Shown here: piece after piece, positions 22,501-35,329 of the stretch
Layout: every line of letters starts with the position of its first letter
How positions within the stretch are numbered: the first letter of the stretch is position 1
Assembly: GCA_010909165.1 (NCBI GenBank)
Contig: VJWM01000063.1
Location: 186,001 to 250,000 of the forward strand
DNA from: Anthoceros angustus
Taxonomy: Eukaryota; Plantae; Anthocerotophyta
DNA length: 64,000 nt
Reading direction: 5' to 3'
Translations under genes and position numbers: made by a program
Notes under the pieces: generated by a model
What the model was told of the DNA's origin: nothing
Databases searched by the model: none
Seen by the model: only the letters and a program-made list of their open reading frames with translations

Positions 22501-23045
22501 CATCCGGACGGCACCGGATGTCACAATGGAGAGGTCCAGGTCCGGCCGGCCTAGTCCTACGCTAATTACCACAATTGATGCAGCATGCGGGCGATTAGCC
22601 GCCCGATTCTTTGGTTAACCAGGTTCCGGGACTCCATGATTGCACGCAGGCCATCAATTTCGGTAGTGCGGAGAAAGGACAGGAGGGATCAGTGCGCTAC
22701 AGCAAAGAATGCACTGATCTGCTACGGATCTCCAAAGGCTCGCCAGGCGGGCCAATTGGCGCAAAAGAGAGCGCCATCCACAAGATCTTGGCAACAGCAA
22801 CAGCAACAGCAGCAAGAAAGGCAGAGGAAGGAGGCGTACGAGTTGCGGCCGCTGATGCTGCTGGGCTTGCGGGGAGGCGGGATCCCGTTGTTCTCCGGCA
22901 AGGGCAGCTTGCGGCCGGCTGCTGCGCCAGGGCCAGGGCCCGGCCCAAGCCCGGGCTGCCTCTTCTGCGCCGACGGCGCCTGCCGCTTGTTTGGTCCCGA
23001 GGCGGCAGCGCCGGGGAGAGCAGCGCCAGAGCCCGTGCTGCTCAT
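19571..23045 (-). CDS. CBSCBSPB: CBS-CBS-PB1 domain protein with C-terminal transmembrane helix (CBSCBSPB family)
   Basis: Motifs GERTVKRLRLSKALTIPDGTTVADACRRMATRRVDA, ALQKMVQGKFRHLPV, FIETLRERMFRPTL, PB1 (FKLEDGKGRVHRF, DEDGDKVLLTNDSDL) and a hydrophobic tail. The start ATG at 23045 (MSSTGSG) is inferred. One GC-AG intron (donor at 22289). Confidence 0.9.
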
Positions 23046-23513
23046 GCTGCCTGGCTGGCTGGCTGGCTGGCTTGCTCGGCAACGACGACGAGAGCAGCGC
23101 ACGAAAGGAGAGAGCAACGAGACGTCTCCTCTCGCGCGCGCTCGGCCTCGCTTGCTTCTCGTGTCGCTCTGGACACAAGAGAATCGCAAGTATAAGAAGA
23201 GGAGACGTCTCGTCTCGGGGGCCTCGCGCTTGCTTGATGGCTTGCTTGCAAGAACTTGCCTCTTTTCGAGACGCGACTTCCCTTTCCTTCCCTTCCCTTC
23301 CCTCAGCACAGCAGTAGACTAGTGAGACGAACTCATCCGCACGCGGCTGCGACGCGAGGCTCCGCCTGCTGCTGCTGCTTCCGCTGGCAGGCCCGGGTCC
23401 CGGCCGGCGAGTGCGGCCCCATCAGCGCGGGGCCAACGTGCGTGATTTCCCTCATTATCGGCCAGCCAAGCCACCCATCACCCTTTGCCCTTTTTGCTTT
23501 CGGTGGAGACTTC

Positions 23514-23660
23514 TGTTCGCAAGGAGGTTAACAAACGCCTATAGCTACCTTGTTCGCGCAACGGAGTTTCACATACGTTGTTCGTAACGGAGTGTCACAA
23601 ATTTATCTCGTTAGCGTGGGAGTTTTGCACCTCTCTTCGCTAGCAAGGGAGTTCCACAAA
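23514..23660. promoter_or_regulatory. Cluster of a degenerate approx. 23-bp motif (TGTTCG(C)AA(C/G)GGAGTT(T/C)CACAAA), with another copy at 28773
   Basis: Copies at about 23514, 23551, 23579 and 23636, plus one about 120 bp upstream of the VPS39 ATG. Function is inferred only from position. Confidence 0.45.
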
Positions 23661-23739
23661 CATGTTCCTTGTTCACAAGCCAGATTCGTAAATAGGGGTA
23701 CCTATTGTAAAGCTTTTGTCTATGAGACAAGCCGTTGTC

Positions 23740-26135
23740 AAAAGCGGCCATAAGTCGGCCAAATAGATTTTGCAGTTTGTGGGTTGCCTTTACTCATCTA
23801 TCAGGCGTCCCGCACCAGTTGCAGTTGCCAGGACGCTTTGTTGAGCTTGAAGATTCCCCCTTCTTCCCAGGTGAGTTTCCTCCCTTGAATTTACCTTTGC
23901 CTTTTGCAGAACGAAAGTTTGCTGCTAACACCTTTTCTCCTTTGTTCTTAGAAACTCCGGAAGCGAAGGCACGGCTCTGCTCCTCTTGGAATAGTGCACC
24001 AATCACTTCCTCCAAGATGACGGTCACTGCAGCTCCAGAAGCAGTAGCCGCAGATGCAGCCCGAAGGGGTCCATTCTAGCTCGTTATGAAGGTCTGGTAG
24101 GAGGCAGGAAGTGATGTGAGCAGCTGCGCTACAGCATCTACCTCCGACATCTTGTCTCCAGTCAGCGACGCGAGCTGGGCTCGAAGGTGTCGGAACTTGT
24201 TGGTATGTGCTGCCACTTTATCCCCCTCCTTCATTTTCAAGGCGAAAAAATCTTGTCTCACCGAGCACAGGGTCATGAGGTTCTGAACCTTGTATGTCTT
24301 CTCCAGTTGATCCCAGATTTCCTTTGCTAAATCATCAATTCCAAGACTTCTTGTGGGATTTCCGAAGTGGAAATCCTCTTCCCCCCATTCGTCCTCTTGA
24401 GGAGAGCGATTCCTGAGCTCTCCTCCTCCGGCCTGCCGTAGACTTGGCAGATACTTCGGACTGTCCAACAGCGAGGATCAATCAGAGCATTTCTTTCTGG
24501 CAACGCGGCAAGGGCTGCCTCCGATTGATGGAGGTTGATGAAGCACTCCTCAATCAGCTCCAAATTGGTGTAGGCCCATTGGCGGCCATACACCCATCCC
24601 AATTGGATGTTATGCTCTTCCGCCCACTGCATGAAATCCACCAAATCGCGGGGGTTAAATAACCATGGCCCTTAAATCTGTCCTTCTCCTTCAGTTCAGA
24701 TGTGAATGAAGGAGATACACTAGACATGACTGGTTTTGACGGTTGGGGTGTTGAGGTTGTTTGTTGCAGGCTAAGCTGGTTGAACGTATTAATTAGTGCG
24801 TTCAGCTGTGCATTAATGGACATGAACGCTCTGCAGATCGTGGGAGACTATGGCTCCAGAAATACTGCTCGTGTTCATGCACCCTTTGTTTATGCGTAAT
24901 TAGGGGCTAATCATAATATGTAGGGAAAGGGTGCTGGGGAGGTCAGCCAGAGAAGGGGGTAACTATCCGCTATGCCCTGCTCATGCTGAACTCCTCAGCT
25001 TACCTTACTAGGGTACCCTAAAAACGATGCCTTTTCATTTTTGTGACTTTTCAGTTAGGTCAAATTAACCGACATGTCCCAATCCTGTGAAGCGGCATTC
25101 ACAGGTGGACCAATGTGCAAGTAGAGGTGCTAATCTGGCCAAGAGGCACTGGTGGAGATGCACCCCCTGAGATCAAGTGTAGGAGAACGCTGCTGCGCCT
25201 GGGTCTGCCTACTCTCTGGCAGCGGAAGCCTTCACAAGATTTGGATGCTGGAGTCTGATTCGCCTGGTGAGATGCTTTGCTCAAGATCCTGCAGTTTGAA
25301 ATCAATATGTTTAAGAACACCTGTAATTTTGTCGATGTCCTTCAGGAGTTGATCCTTGCAGGTGAGGATAGCACGCTCAGTCTCAGAACCCAGACTGCGA
25401 ACTCTGTTCTTGAGCAATGTTTGATTGGACAACACAAGGGACCAGACCTTCTCGACACGGATGAGTATTTCCTGTGATTTCTCAACTACAGTCTTTATTC
25501 CTGTGTGAGGGTTGATCTTAAAGTTGCCCTGTCTTGCTGCAGAAAATCGCGTGATGCCTGGTCTCCCTCCTTCAAGTCTTGGGAGACCTCCAGCAGATCG
25601 AGGCCTGAACAGAAAATCGGAGCGGGCTGATGCAACCGGCCTGGGAGTGTGAAAAAGATTTGGATTTTGTCCTCTCCTATGGCAACACTCTCGATAAAGG
25701 CGATCAGTCTCTTGATTTATGTTGGATGTGCGACATGGAGAGACTTGTCTTTGTAGCCAGAGAGCAGGGTATTTCTATTCGTAGAAATCAAGCACGGTGT
25801 CAAGTGGCAGAAGTACTTTGTGTCTTGGTAGGCATTCCCCTTGGCGATAATTTCTTGGGGGCGCACCTTGACGTGATCCTCTAGAGTAGCCATCCCGTCT
25901 CGGCATCTTTCATCAATCCCTTCAAGGTGCAGAGCATGGCTCTGATACCATGCGTAAAACGGAGTCGGAGACGAGAGCAGGAGACTCGTATAATCGTATA
26001 ATCATAGTTGAAAGTGCAAAATTGTTTTTAAATACACATGACACAACGTTTCACTATATAACCCTAGCCCTAACTACATAAGACCATAACTTCTATAACC
26101 CACAACTTAGGTTAAGGTTTAATATACCCCTAACA
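23740..26135 (-). mobile_element. Truncated Ty1/Copia element E: 5' LTR 25951-26135, Met PBS 25939-25950, decayed pre-gag ORF, gag up to the zinc knuckle
   Basis: On the minus strand: TGTTAG...CA LTR, then TGGTATCAGAGC. Gag motifs FTSELKEKDRF, VRQDFFALKMKEGD and CNWC. No pol and no 3' LTR seen. Confidence 0.85.
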
Positions 26136-26779
26136 CACACGCATGCACATAGCGTTAGTCAGGCAGGCTTACGGTTGTAGGTAACACCGCCAACCAATGC
26201 ACACATGAGGACAACCGATGGTTAGCCAAGTAGGAACTTGAACATCCCTCAAACTCTCAAGCTTCGTATCGCTTCAGTGGCAACAAGACCTTGGAGTAAG
26301 CGTGCACACATTCAAACAACAGCATGGCTGATTAGGCCCATGGCCAGAAGCATGGAGCTGACAAGCTCCGTATTGACATGAGAAAGGGGTCAAGCCCCGT
26401 ACGTTGCCCAGTTCTCCGTTACAAGTGTTAGAGCCACTATATATAGTGGCTCCGCTAAAAATACGTGCCCTCAACATCTTGGCGTCTTTTTGTGGCTTAG
26501 GATCCTCTGCATCCTTGGATAAAGCTGGTTATAGCCCGCTCACCCTATGTTTGGAAGTAGCTAGCTGGCCTGCTTGGAGCCATTGTTTGTACCAAAACAT
26601 CTAATCATACATACAGTACATATAAATGTAAAATAATGATATATTATTCTAGTGAGAACTTTAAAACACTCCCTCACATTTCTCTCCGTTCTCTCCAAAA
26701 TAACCAAGTGTACTGATGCCATATAGTATTTAAGTATTCCACCAAAGCATACGTACATTTTCCTCATCCGGAGGAACCA

Positions 26780-27180
26780 AATCTTTCTTACATATGTGGT
26801 TGTAATGGACACTAAAAGAAACACCATAATCATTAATTCTCTAGGTTGGGCCATGGAGAAATGTGCAGCTATCAAGGCTATCAAGTACACCCTCACGCAA
26901 GAAGGCGATGTTTTCATTGGCCTCACTACTAAGACTCACAAAGTTATGGGCAAGGACTTCTCAAAGTTTATCAAGGGTTGTGGTAAGACATAACAGATCT
27001 ATAAAAATGGGGTTAGTTGCCCTCTATCCTTTGTGGCAACGTGTATTTATCATAGTGGAAAGGGCGCTATCCAATGCAATATTCAGGACGACTTTGAATT
27101 TCGGAGAAGCTTCATATGCAAGTTCAAGAAAGGCAATTGCAAGGTTATGAGGTTGTGAGCGAGGTCTCCAGCAACAAGTC
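26780..27180 (+). mobile_element. Decayed 3' fragment of an RLE-type non-LTR retrotransposon
   Basis: KAIKY...THKVMGKDFSKFIK is homologous to 35330-36070. Confidence 0.7.
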
Positions 27181-27759
27181 TTTTCAATGTTGATCTCGAG
27201 CATCTAACTTTTTCTAACCTTCCTTGACCAATCTTGTTTGTCTAAGATCAAATCATAGTCATAATTTCTTAGAAAAGCAGAGATAATACAAAGCGCATGC
27301 CTAATTCGAATCAGCAGCAACAGGGGTCATAGAAACCTAAGAGGAAGGCCAAAGCACATGAGGAGGAACCTAAGAGGAAGGGAATGCCAAAGCCCACAAT
27401 GGGGAACCTAGAGGAAAGGCCAAAGTCCACGATAAGGAACAAAAAGCCAAAGGCCACGCTGAGGAACAACAAGATAGTCTGAATCCTATGAAACACAAGG
27501 TTTGTTTGAAAACCAACGTCAATATACAATGGCGAACAAGACAAATATTAAATGGTGGCTTCAGAACTAAGCTCGAGCAACATTGTTTGCTGAGATGCCC
27601 CATGCTGCAAATAAGGTTGTCACACCTGAGCAAGGAACTTTGCTTTTGATGTACTTGTAGTTGTTGCTGTGGATGACGATGATGGATTACCTTCAATTCT
27701 AGAAATGCAGGAGAGGATGAAGGATCCAGAGCACTGTAGAGATGAGGGTGTACATGAGG

Positions 27760-28030
27760 ATCCTTACTATTGAGACTCACAAGGTTATGGGCAAAGACTT
27801 CTCGAAGTTTATCAAGGCTTGTGCTAAGGCATACCAAATACATAAAAATAGGGTTGGTCTCCCTCTATCCTTTGTGGCAACGCGTATCTACAATCATTTG
27901 CCAATACAATATTTAGGACGCCTTTGAATCTGGGGGACTCTACATCGGTCTTCAGCCTGGGTGATCAATAGACCCATCCTTATTCATGACTATAACATCT
28001 TAGGAGCTGTAGGTGGCTTCAGGGTACACA
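27760..28030 (+). mobile_element. Second decayed 3' fragment of the RLE-type non-LTR family
   Basis: LTIETHKVMGKDFSKFIKACAKAYQIHKNRVGLPLSF. Confidence 0.7.
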
Positions 28031-28321
28031 ATCGCGGGGGCTCATCCCGCATGGCCTGAGGCCCTGTAGAGGATTGTTTCCCAATGCCCCGACGTAGATA
28101 AGATTTCTCAATCTCTACAAATTTACAAAATCCCCTCACTTGTGTTTACATAAGATATACACGAACAAGGAAGGTTTTTCATATATTTAGGTTATACAAT
28201 GTGATGTCAATAGAAGGCTTTAGAAAAATATATCACAGCCTCAAATAGCCCTGTAATAGGCGATTACGGGCACCGAGCGGCCTTGCAACAAGTGGCCCCG
28301 CAGGGCCGTAGAGGACATCGA

Positions 28322-28560
28322 GGGGAATGTCACTCCCTTCAACCCTCATGGGAATGTCACTCCCTTCAACCCTCAGGGAAATGTCACTCCCTTCAACCCT
28401 CATAGGAATGTCACTCCCTTCAACCCTCATGGGAATGTCACTCCCTTCAACCCTCAGGGAATGTCACTCCCTTCAACCCCGAGAAGAAAGGGGAATGTCA
28501 CTCCCTTCAACCCCGAGAAGAAAGGGGAATGTCACTCCCATCAACCCCGACGAGAATGAC
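28322..28560. repeat. Minisatellite, 8 copies with core GGAATGTCACTCCC(T)TCAACCC (periods 27,27,27,27,26,34,34)
   Basis: AATGTCACTCCC at 28326, 28353, 28380, 28407, 28434, 28460, 28494 and 28528. Confidence 0.95.
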
Positions 28561-28896
28561 TCTCCTCAAGGTAGGAGAAACGTGATATTTGAATTATGCT
28601 AGATGTCCCGGAGGGTGCTGTATAATCGAGTTCTCATGTCACTTGTGAAGGGTGGACAAAAGTAGTGTTTGAATTCTCCAAACACCTAGTCTGAATCCAG
28701 ACTTGAACTACATATGACAAAAGCGTGATGACCGACTACAACATCCAGACCCGGATCTGGATATATGTACCTTGTTCGCAAGGGACTTTCACAAATATGT
28801 ACACCTTTTCACGAGCAGGGCGAAAAACAGGAATAAAACAAGCCAAAAGCTATTTGCCTTGGGCCAGGGGGTTGTCCAGACGGCCTGGCAGTCGCC

Positions 28897-31800
28897 ATGG
28901 TGCACAACGCGTTCGACGAGGTTGCCGTGGTGCGCGACTGCCCTATCAAGATCAGCAGCCTGGTGCTGTGGGATCGCCGCCTCCTACTGGCCTGCATCGA
29001 TGGCTCGCTGCGGCTCTACGCTCCCGAGAACGAGAATGAGGAGGGTTTTGGAGAACAGCAAGAGCAGCAGCAGCAGCAGCAGCAGCTGGCCCCGCGCTAT
29101 GCACTTCGGCACACCCGGGTCGCCTTCTCCAAGAAGCCCATCACCTGCATGCACGCCCTGCGGACCTGCCTCGTCTCGCTCTCCGACGCTCTGGCCATCC
29201 ACACTCTTCCCGAATTCGACCTGGTTACCACGCTGGCCAAGACCAAGGGGGCCTCCCTCTACGCCTGGGACGCGTACCGGTCTCTGCTCGCGGTGGCAGT
29301 GAAGAAGCGGCTCCATATATACCGCCTGGACGGCAAGCATGATGTGAGCGAGGTGAAGGAGTTGGGGATCCCGGATGTGGCCAAGTCCATGGTGTGGTGT
29401 GGGGATTCCCTGTGTTTGGGGATCCGGAAGGAGTATGTGATCGTGAATGTGAGCACCGGGGCGTCCATCGAGGTTTTTCCTGCGGGGAGGGTGGCTCCTC
29501 CTTTGGCTGTGGCTCTCAGTAGAGACCAGCTGTTGTTGGGGAAGGTGAGATCCTTGCATTGCGGTCTGCTTCTTCCGCATGTGCGGCAGTGGTATGGTTT
29601 GTGACGGACGTGGGTGGGTGGCCATCTCCAGGAGAATGTTGGGGTTTTCGTGGACAGCAACGGGAAGCTCACTCAGCAGAGTGGCATCAGTTGGTCTGAG
29701 CCACCCGGCACTGTCGTCACTCATGGTCCGTATGCGCTGGCACGCATGTCCCGTTTCATAGAGGTACTGCTGCCTGCGGTGGTACTGGTAGCATGTCGTG
29801 CACTAGTGGAGGCCTCGCTTTCCCACCCATGGCGCTACCGGAATGGTGTTGCAGGTCAGGTCGCTTCGGACTCCCCATGGGTTGGTGCAGACTCTCCCCA
29901 TCCGGGAGCCACAGTTGTTACTGTCTGACGGTGGTGGTGTGGTTGCGGCATCTGAGACCGTCGTCTACCTGCTTGTCACCGTCCCCATCGCCATGCAGGT
30001 TCCTAGTGCTTCTTTCTTTCTCCTGGCCTCTTGACACATCACGGGGGGGGTATGTAACGCATTTCTATGGCTGCTGGAAATCCAGGTAGTGCAGCTAGCT
30101 GCATCTGGCAACTTTGAGGATGCCCTGGCGCTGTGTAAGCTCCTTCCTCCCGAAGATGCTGCACTCCGAATAGCAAAGGAAGATGGTATTCACCAACGGT
30201 GGGACTGCAACCTATGCCCACGATACTTGCTGTTTAAGAGCCTTGTGACACGTCGTCATGTGTGTGGTGTGGGGTTTGTCCATGGTCTTGGGACCTGGAG
30301 GTAGAAGCTGGGGGCTCACTTCGTGTATGGGGTTAGCTTTGGCAGAGGAATGTGCTGCATCTCAGGCAGGCTTTGGTGCCTATGGACCACATGGCAAAGA
30401 AAGAACTGACTGGCTGTTGCTGTCCGATTTGAGATCAGGTATGGTTACACTTTGTTCGAAAAAGGTGAATATGTGCAAGCGATGGAGCATTTTGCAGCCT
30501 CTTCCTTGGACCTCGTCACCATTTTATCGTTATTCCCATCGATAAAGCTTCCGAGTTGGGTGTCCAGGCCTGCTAATGTCCTTTCTCAAGGATATGGGGA
30601 AGATTTGTCTCTGCCCTTCGATCAATTAGAGGGTGCAGCTGGGAAATTGGAAGATGAGGAACAGCATGTGGAAGTGAAAACAAGCACATCTGCATTCAAT
30701 GCACTATCAGGATTTCTGACGGCCAGAAGAGGTGCTGTTATTGGGAAGGTGCAGGCCGAGGAGACGACTGCTGCTGTCGCTGCTATTGTGGAAATTTCAG
30801 CACTCAAACGAGGACTCTCTGGTGAAAGGAAATTTGATGATCAGGTTTGCTCTCCTCCTTCAGTTTCCTGCAACATCTCGGCTGCAGAGGTGAGCATGGC
30901 TAGTTGTCCAAATAAGATGGTGCCTGACACCTCCAGGCTTGTCCCTCACAGAGTTTTGGTACGGATTTACAGCAAAAGAGAGGCCCAAAAGAATTGGCTG
31001 TTGTGCTGGACACTGCTCTGGTGCAAGCATTGGTGGCAACTGGCCACTCTCAAGCAGCTCTCGAGCTTCTGAAGGGGCCCAATTACTGTGATGTTCCTTC
31101 CTGTGAGAAGGTGATGCTTGCAGGAGGACATTATGCTGAGGTGATAGAGCTGTACAGGCACAACCACAATCACCGTGCAGCACTGGAGCTTCTCAATCGA
31201 TTGGTATCGGAGCTGGAGTCCTTTGATGTGCAGCCTTCAAGTTCTGTTACATTCGGTCCTCAGCAAGTTATAGATTACATTCTGGTAACCAGATGCTGCG
31301 CTTGTTCATCACGTCCATGATGTGTCCTAGGTATTCAGAAGTGTTGGAGTGGAAGTGCTTTCTGCCATGAATTGTTGCATTTTGTGTGAACTACAACAAT
31401 TTCTAAATGTGTTTCAAAATGCCAGGCATGTTCTAATGTTAGTCTTCCACACTCCTGTGCTGCAGGGTTTGGGAGATATTGATCCATCTCTTGTTCTTGA
31501 AACATCCACTAAGCTTTTGAGAAATGAGCCTGAACAGGCTTTGAGGTTGTTTTCTGCCTTGAAGCCACCACTTCCAGCGAAGCTTGTCCTCTCGCATCTC
31601 AAAGAGCATGCACCACAGCTGCGAGCAACATATTTGGAAACTGTGCTTTCTGAGCATCCTGAATTTTCATCCGCTGATCTCCAAAATGAGCTGGTATACT
31701 TTCTGGTTGCAACCCAGTCTTTCTTTGGTGTTCCTGGTTAACTTCTACAACCTGGGTGGTAAAGTCTGGTGGGAAATGTTGTCCATCTAGGTGCAACTAT

Positions 31801-33111
31801 ATCTGTCTAGGGTCCTGGTGGAGCGGGATGACCTTCTATCTCAAGGGAAGTGGGATGAGAGAGAGCACAGTTTGACGAGACAGAAGTTGTTTACTGCTCT
31901 TGAAACTAGTTCCGACTACATGCCTGAGATTATATTCCAGCAGCTCCCATCTGATGGTCTCTACCATGAACGAGCGTTCTTGCTTGGGAGGATGGGGCAG
32001 CACAAACTGGCTCTTACTCTTTATGCCCACAAGGTTGTTGCATTATGTCTAACCTTCTCTAGATATTTTAGGTTGCTCGCAATTCGAGATGAGTTTTGAC
32101 TTCTTGTCTGGTACCACAGCTGCATGAGCGGGAGTTAGCTCTGGCATATTGTGACAGGGTCTACTCATCTGTTTCTGGAAGATCAAGCAGCCGCGATGCT
32201 TTGTTTGCCTCTGTCCGAGGGCAGAGCTCATCGGACCAGGATTCAGTGCATGTCTACCTGACATTACTCGAGGTCTATCTGAGGCCGGAGGCAGCTTTGA
32301 AAGAGTTTGAACGGTCTCTATGGAGAGTCTTTCCATCCAAGGGAACTCCAAATCAAAAAGCTGGCACTGTGCAAAAACTTAGAGGGAATGTGGGAAAGAA
32401 GATCGCGCAAATAGAGGGTGCAGAACAAGGTCCAAGCTACAGCAGTGGCGATAATGCAGTCGACAGTAGCAGGGGTGACAGTGACGAGGGAACCAGTGGT
32501 GAGGGCCAAATGCTGGATGAAGCATTGCGTCTGCTCAGTGAGAGATGGGATCGGTTGAATTGGGTCCAAGCACTAAGAATGATACCATCTGACACCAAGC
32601 TACAGGTATGGGACCTTGCCTGGAAACGTGAGGCCGGGGTGACTGCAGCGTAGAGCATAGCAGCAACTTGAAGGCCTTGTGGTTGTCGTGCAGAAATTGC
32701 TTCCGTTCCTTGAGCCCCTGTTGCGGAAGGTCAGTGAAGCTCGGCGCAATCTTGCTGTGATAAAAAGCCTTCGGCGCAGTGAGCACATTCAGGTCAGTTT
32801 CTCGGGTTCTGCTTGCTCATGGGATGCGGTCTTAATGACACCTTAGAATGATTTCCATACACTATTCATTGTCCATTTATAAGCTGCGCACACGGATTAA
32901 CATGCTCCTTGACGAGCAGGTTCGTGAAGAGCTACTGAACTGTCGCAGGAGAACTGTTAAAACAACCACCGATCGGAACTGTGCTACCTGTCACAAGAGA
33001 ATGGGGAACAGTGCTTTTGCTGTTTACCCCTCAGGTGTGGTGGTACATTTCGTATGCTACACGAGTCAGCAAGCAATCAAATCAGCAGTTCCGCGAGCTT
33101 CTGGGCCATGA
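28897..33111 (+). CDS. VPS39: Vacuolar sorting protein 39/Vam6 (CNH domain, clathrin repeat, C-terminal zinc finger; multi-exon)
   Basis: N-terminus MVHNAFD; CNH motifs (KSMVWCGDSLCLGIRKEYVI, GVFVDSNGK, GNFEDALALC); VLDTALVQAL, ERAFLLGRMGQHKLAL; C-terminal CATCHKRMGNSAFAVYP..VVHFVC. Confidence 0.93.
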
Positions 33112-33481
33112 CTTTGTTAAGCACACCCTCCTTTATCTGCACGAATCATGGGGAACAATGGTTTGTCTTTGCTTGTCTCTCCTGCATTAAAGCAGCTTGA
33201 TTTATGTCTCATCCCCGTGTGCCTCCTAAGCGCATCTGGCGTGATAGTCGAGAGATGCTGCCACTCACCTGTGGACGATTGTCTTCTGTTAGCGGGTGAG
33301 TCTAGTTCCTCCCTACGTGCTTGTGACCGATCAGATGCTGTACGTAGTTGGCGATAGTCCCATACCATCGCGATGGGCAGGTTGTCTCATAATCTGAAGG
33401 GTTCTTAACATTGCACAAAAGGTTATCGTAGTAATACACTAGATGAAAAAGAGTTTATCTTAAAATGATTATTTTTTTGAA

Positions 33482-33720
33482 ACATTATGGGTCTGCAAGA
33501 CGGTGCAGTACCTAATAAGACAAACTTCGTGTCGGTGTTCCCATCCAATGAAATGTCATCTTCAAATAAAATTTTCTTCCACACATTATGGGTCTGCAAG
33601 ACGGTGCAGTACCTAATAAGATAAACTTATCGTGTCGGTGTTCCCATCCAAGTAAACCGGACCCGGTCCCATGCAAGTAAACTGGACCCGGTCCCATGCA
33701 AGTGAACTGGATCCGGTGCA
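33482..33720. repeat. Local duplications: an approx. 70-bp segment twice (33482, 33583) and a 24-bp unit about 2.5 times
   Basis: ACATTATGGGTCTGCAAGACGGTGCAGTACCTAATAAGA occurs twice; GTAAAC(C/T)GGACCCGGTCCCATGCAA is tandem. Confidence 0.85.
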
Positions 33721-34089
33721 GAACCTCAAAACCTGCAGGCGTTCCGTTCCGTCCAATGTGGAGGAATTCCGCCACTCCTTTACATTATGTGGTTGGTCAT
33801 TCATCATGATGAGCACTCAAGGAATGGGTTGTTTCTCATCATCAAATCAATTTATTGATTTCAGTTTGACAAGAATTAGATTGGGGTAATGATGAATACT
33901 TGGACATGCTTTGGTGGTATATGGCTATGCTTCTTTTTCTACTTACATGGTTTTCAGTCATGAATCTTAAGTGGCAATCATGCTAGCTCTCCAGTAGAGT
34001 GTGGTGGAAGTTCCGCAGGCAATACGTGTTGTGGGAGAACATACAAATGGGCATGGCATCACGACGGTTTAATTAGCTTGGATGTGCAA

Positions 34090-34800
34090 TGGCACAAAAA
34101 GTACAAGATATCATGGAGCTCTTTCTTAGGTTGGTAGACATGTTGGACCCTTACCTCACCAGTAATTCTCCACGGGAACCACTAGATGTATACCTTATTG
34201 TGGTTTTTGTTTTACATGATTTTGCAGTGTTACGAGACAGTAGCATTTGGAAGAACTTACTCCACAAATCTTGTGGCATCTGGGTAGAAAGAGATTTCTC
34301 TGGCAAAAAAGGTTTATGACCAAAATCACATCTTTTTTTTTGGCAATAACGTTTTTTTTTAGCCCTTTTTAGGGTGTCTGCTAATGAAATGTGGTGTTCA
34401 AATCTGCAGCGCCACACCCTATATGTTCATTTGGTCATAATGTGCCGCATCCATGGTTGGGCACCGCGATTTTGAAGGGGTGAAGATCATCAGTTACGCG
34501 CTATTTATGCATGTCCATCCAGTGTACACATACCTCCATACCTGCTAGGAGATAGTGCCTACCTCTTACTCCCTTTTCTTATGAAATTATTCAATCGTGG
34601 AAGTGGGCTTGAGAAAAAATGTGGAACAAGAGCTTGAGCAGGGCTGTGTTAAAGTGGAGAACGCATTTGCCATGTTGAAAAACAATTGCAGAATCCTCAA
34701 GAAAATGAATGTAAAGATGGAACATTGTAGCCAAAATATTATTCCATATTATGCTCTGACGAACTATTGTCGAACATGCAGCGATCCACCTCCGGACAAC
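34090..34800 (+). mobile_element. PIF/Harbinger DDE transposase remnant
   Basis: FLRLVDMLDPYL...PREPLDV, DSSIWKN, LLGDSAYLLLPFLMK and VENAFAMLKNNCRILK match DDE_Tnp_4-type motifs. Interrupted by stops and deletions. Confidence 0.7.
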
Positions 34801-35329
34801 CTGCAAGGAGAAAGATGTCCATAGTAACCTAGAGGTATGGGAATACTTGGTGAATCAAAGAGAATTTTGAATAGGAGAGCAAAGTAGCAAAGAGAAAACT
34901 TGTTCTTGTTTTGGAAGCAAGAAGGGAACTTACATGCTCCATAGGCCAAGTATGCATTGTTTCTTAAAGTAACCAAGTCACATTGAAGACATACTACAAA
35001 GTGGTGCACACAACATGCAAACATCGCAACTTATTGAAATGAAAATTGAATCCGAACTGTAAGTATCTTCTTATAGTTCAAAAGTTTTCTTAGCCTTCTT
35101 TGGATTTTGCAGAATCATTTCCAGTAATACTTGTATCCTTGCCTACAATTCTTCTCACTTGAGTTCGAACTCCAATTGATTTTATTCATCTCATGCATTT
35201 GCTCAATCTTTGCAAGCTCCACCTTCAACATGGTCTCTACAAACGACGCTAAACTCCGCTCCAAAATCGATATCCATAGAACATTTCTTTTCTATTTCCT
35301 AGTTGTAACCCTTGGAAAAGAAGACTTTA

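Noticed and set aside
22585-23322. Several 170-245-aa overlapping ORFs
   Set aside because: GC-rich first exon, intron and UTR of CBSCBSPB with low-complexity runs; only MSSTG…GRNS fits the family.
26431-26452. 22-bp palindrome GAGCCACTATATATAGTGGCTC
   Set aside because: Single occurrence with a TA core in TE debris; no partner or context.
27480-27720. Possible hAT dimerisation-domain trace (GLFE…KWWLQN)
   Set aside because: Too short and degenerate to support.
28322-28560. Second CRISPR-like array
   Set aside because: The intervening sequence is only 2-10 nt and is itself repeated, so it is a minisatellite.
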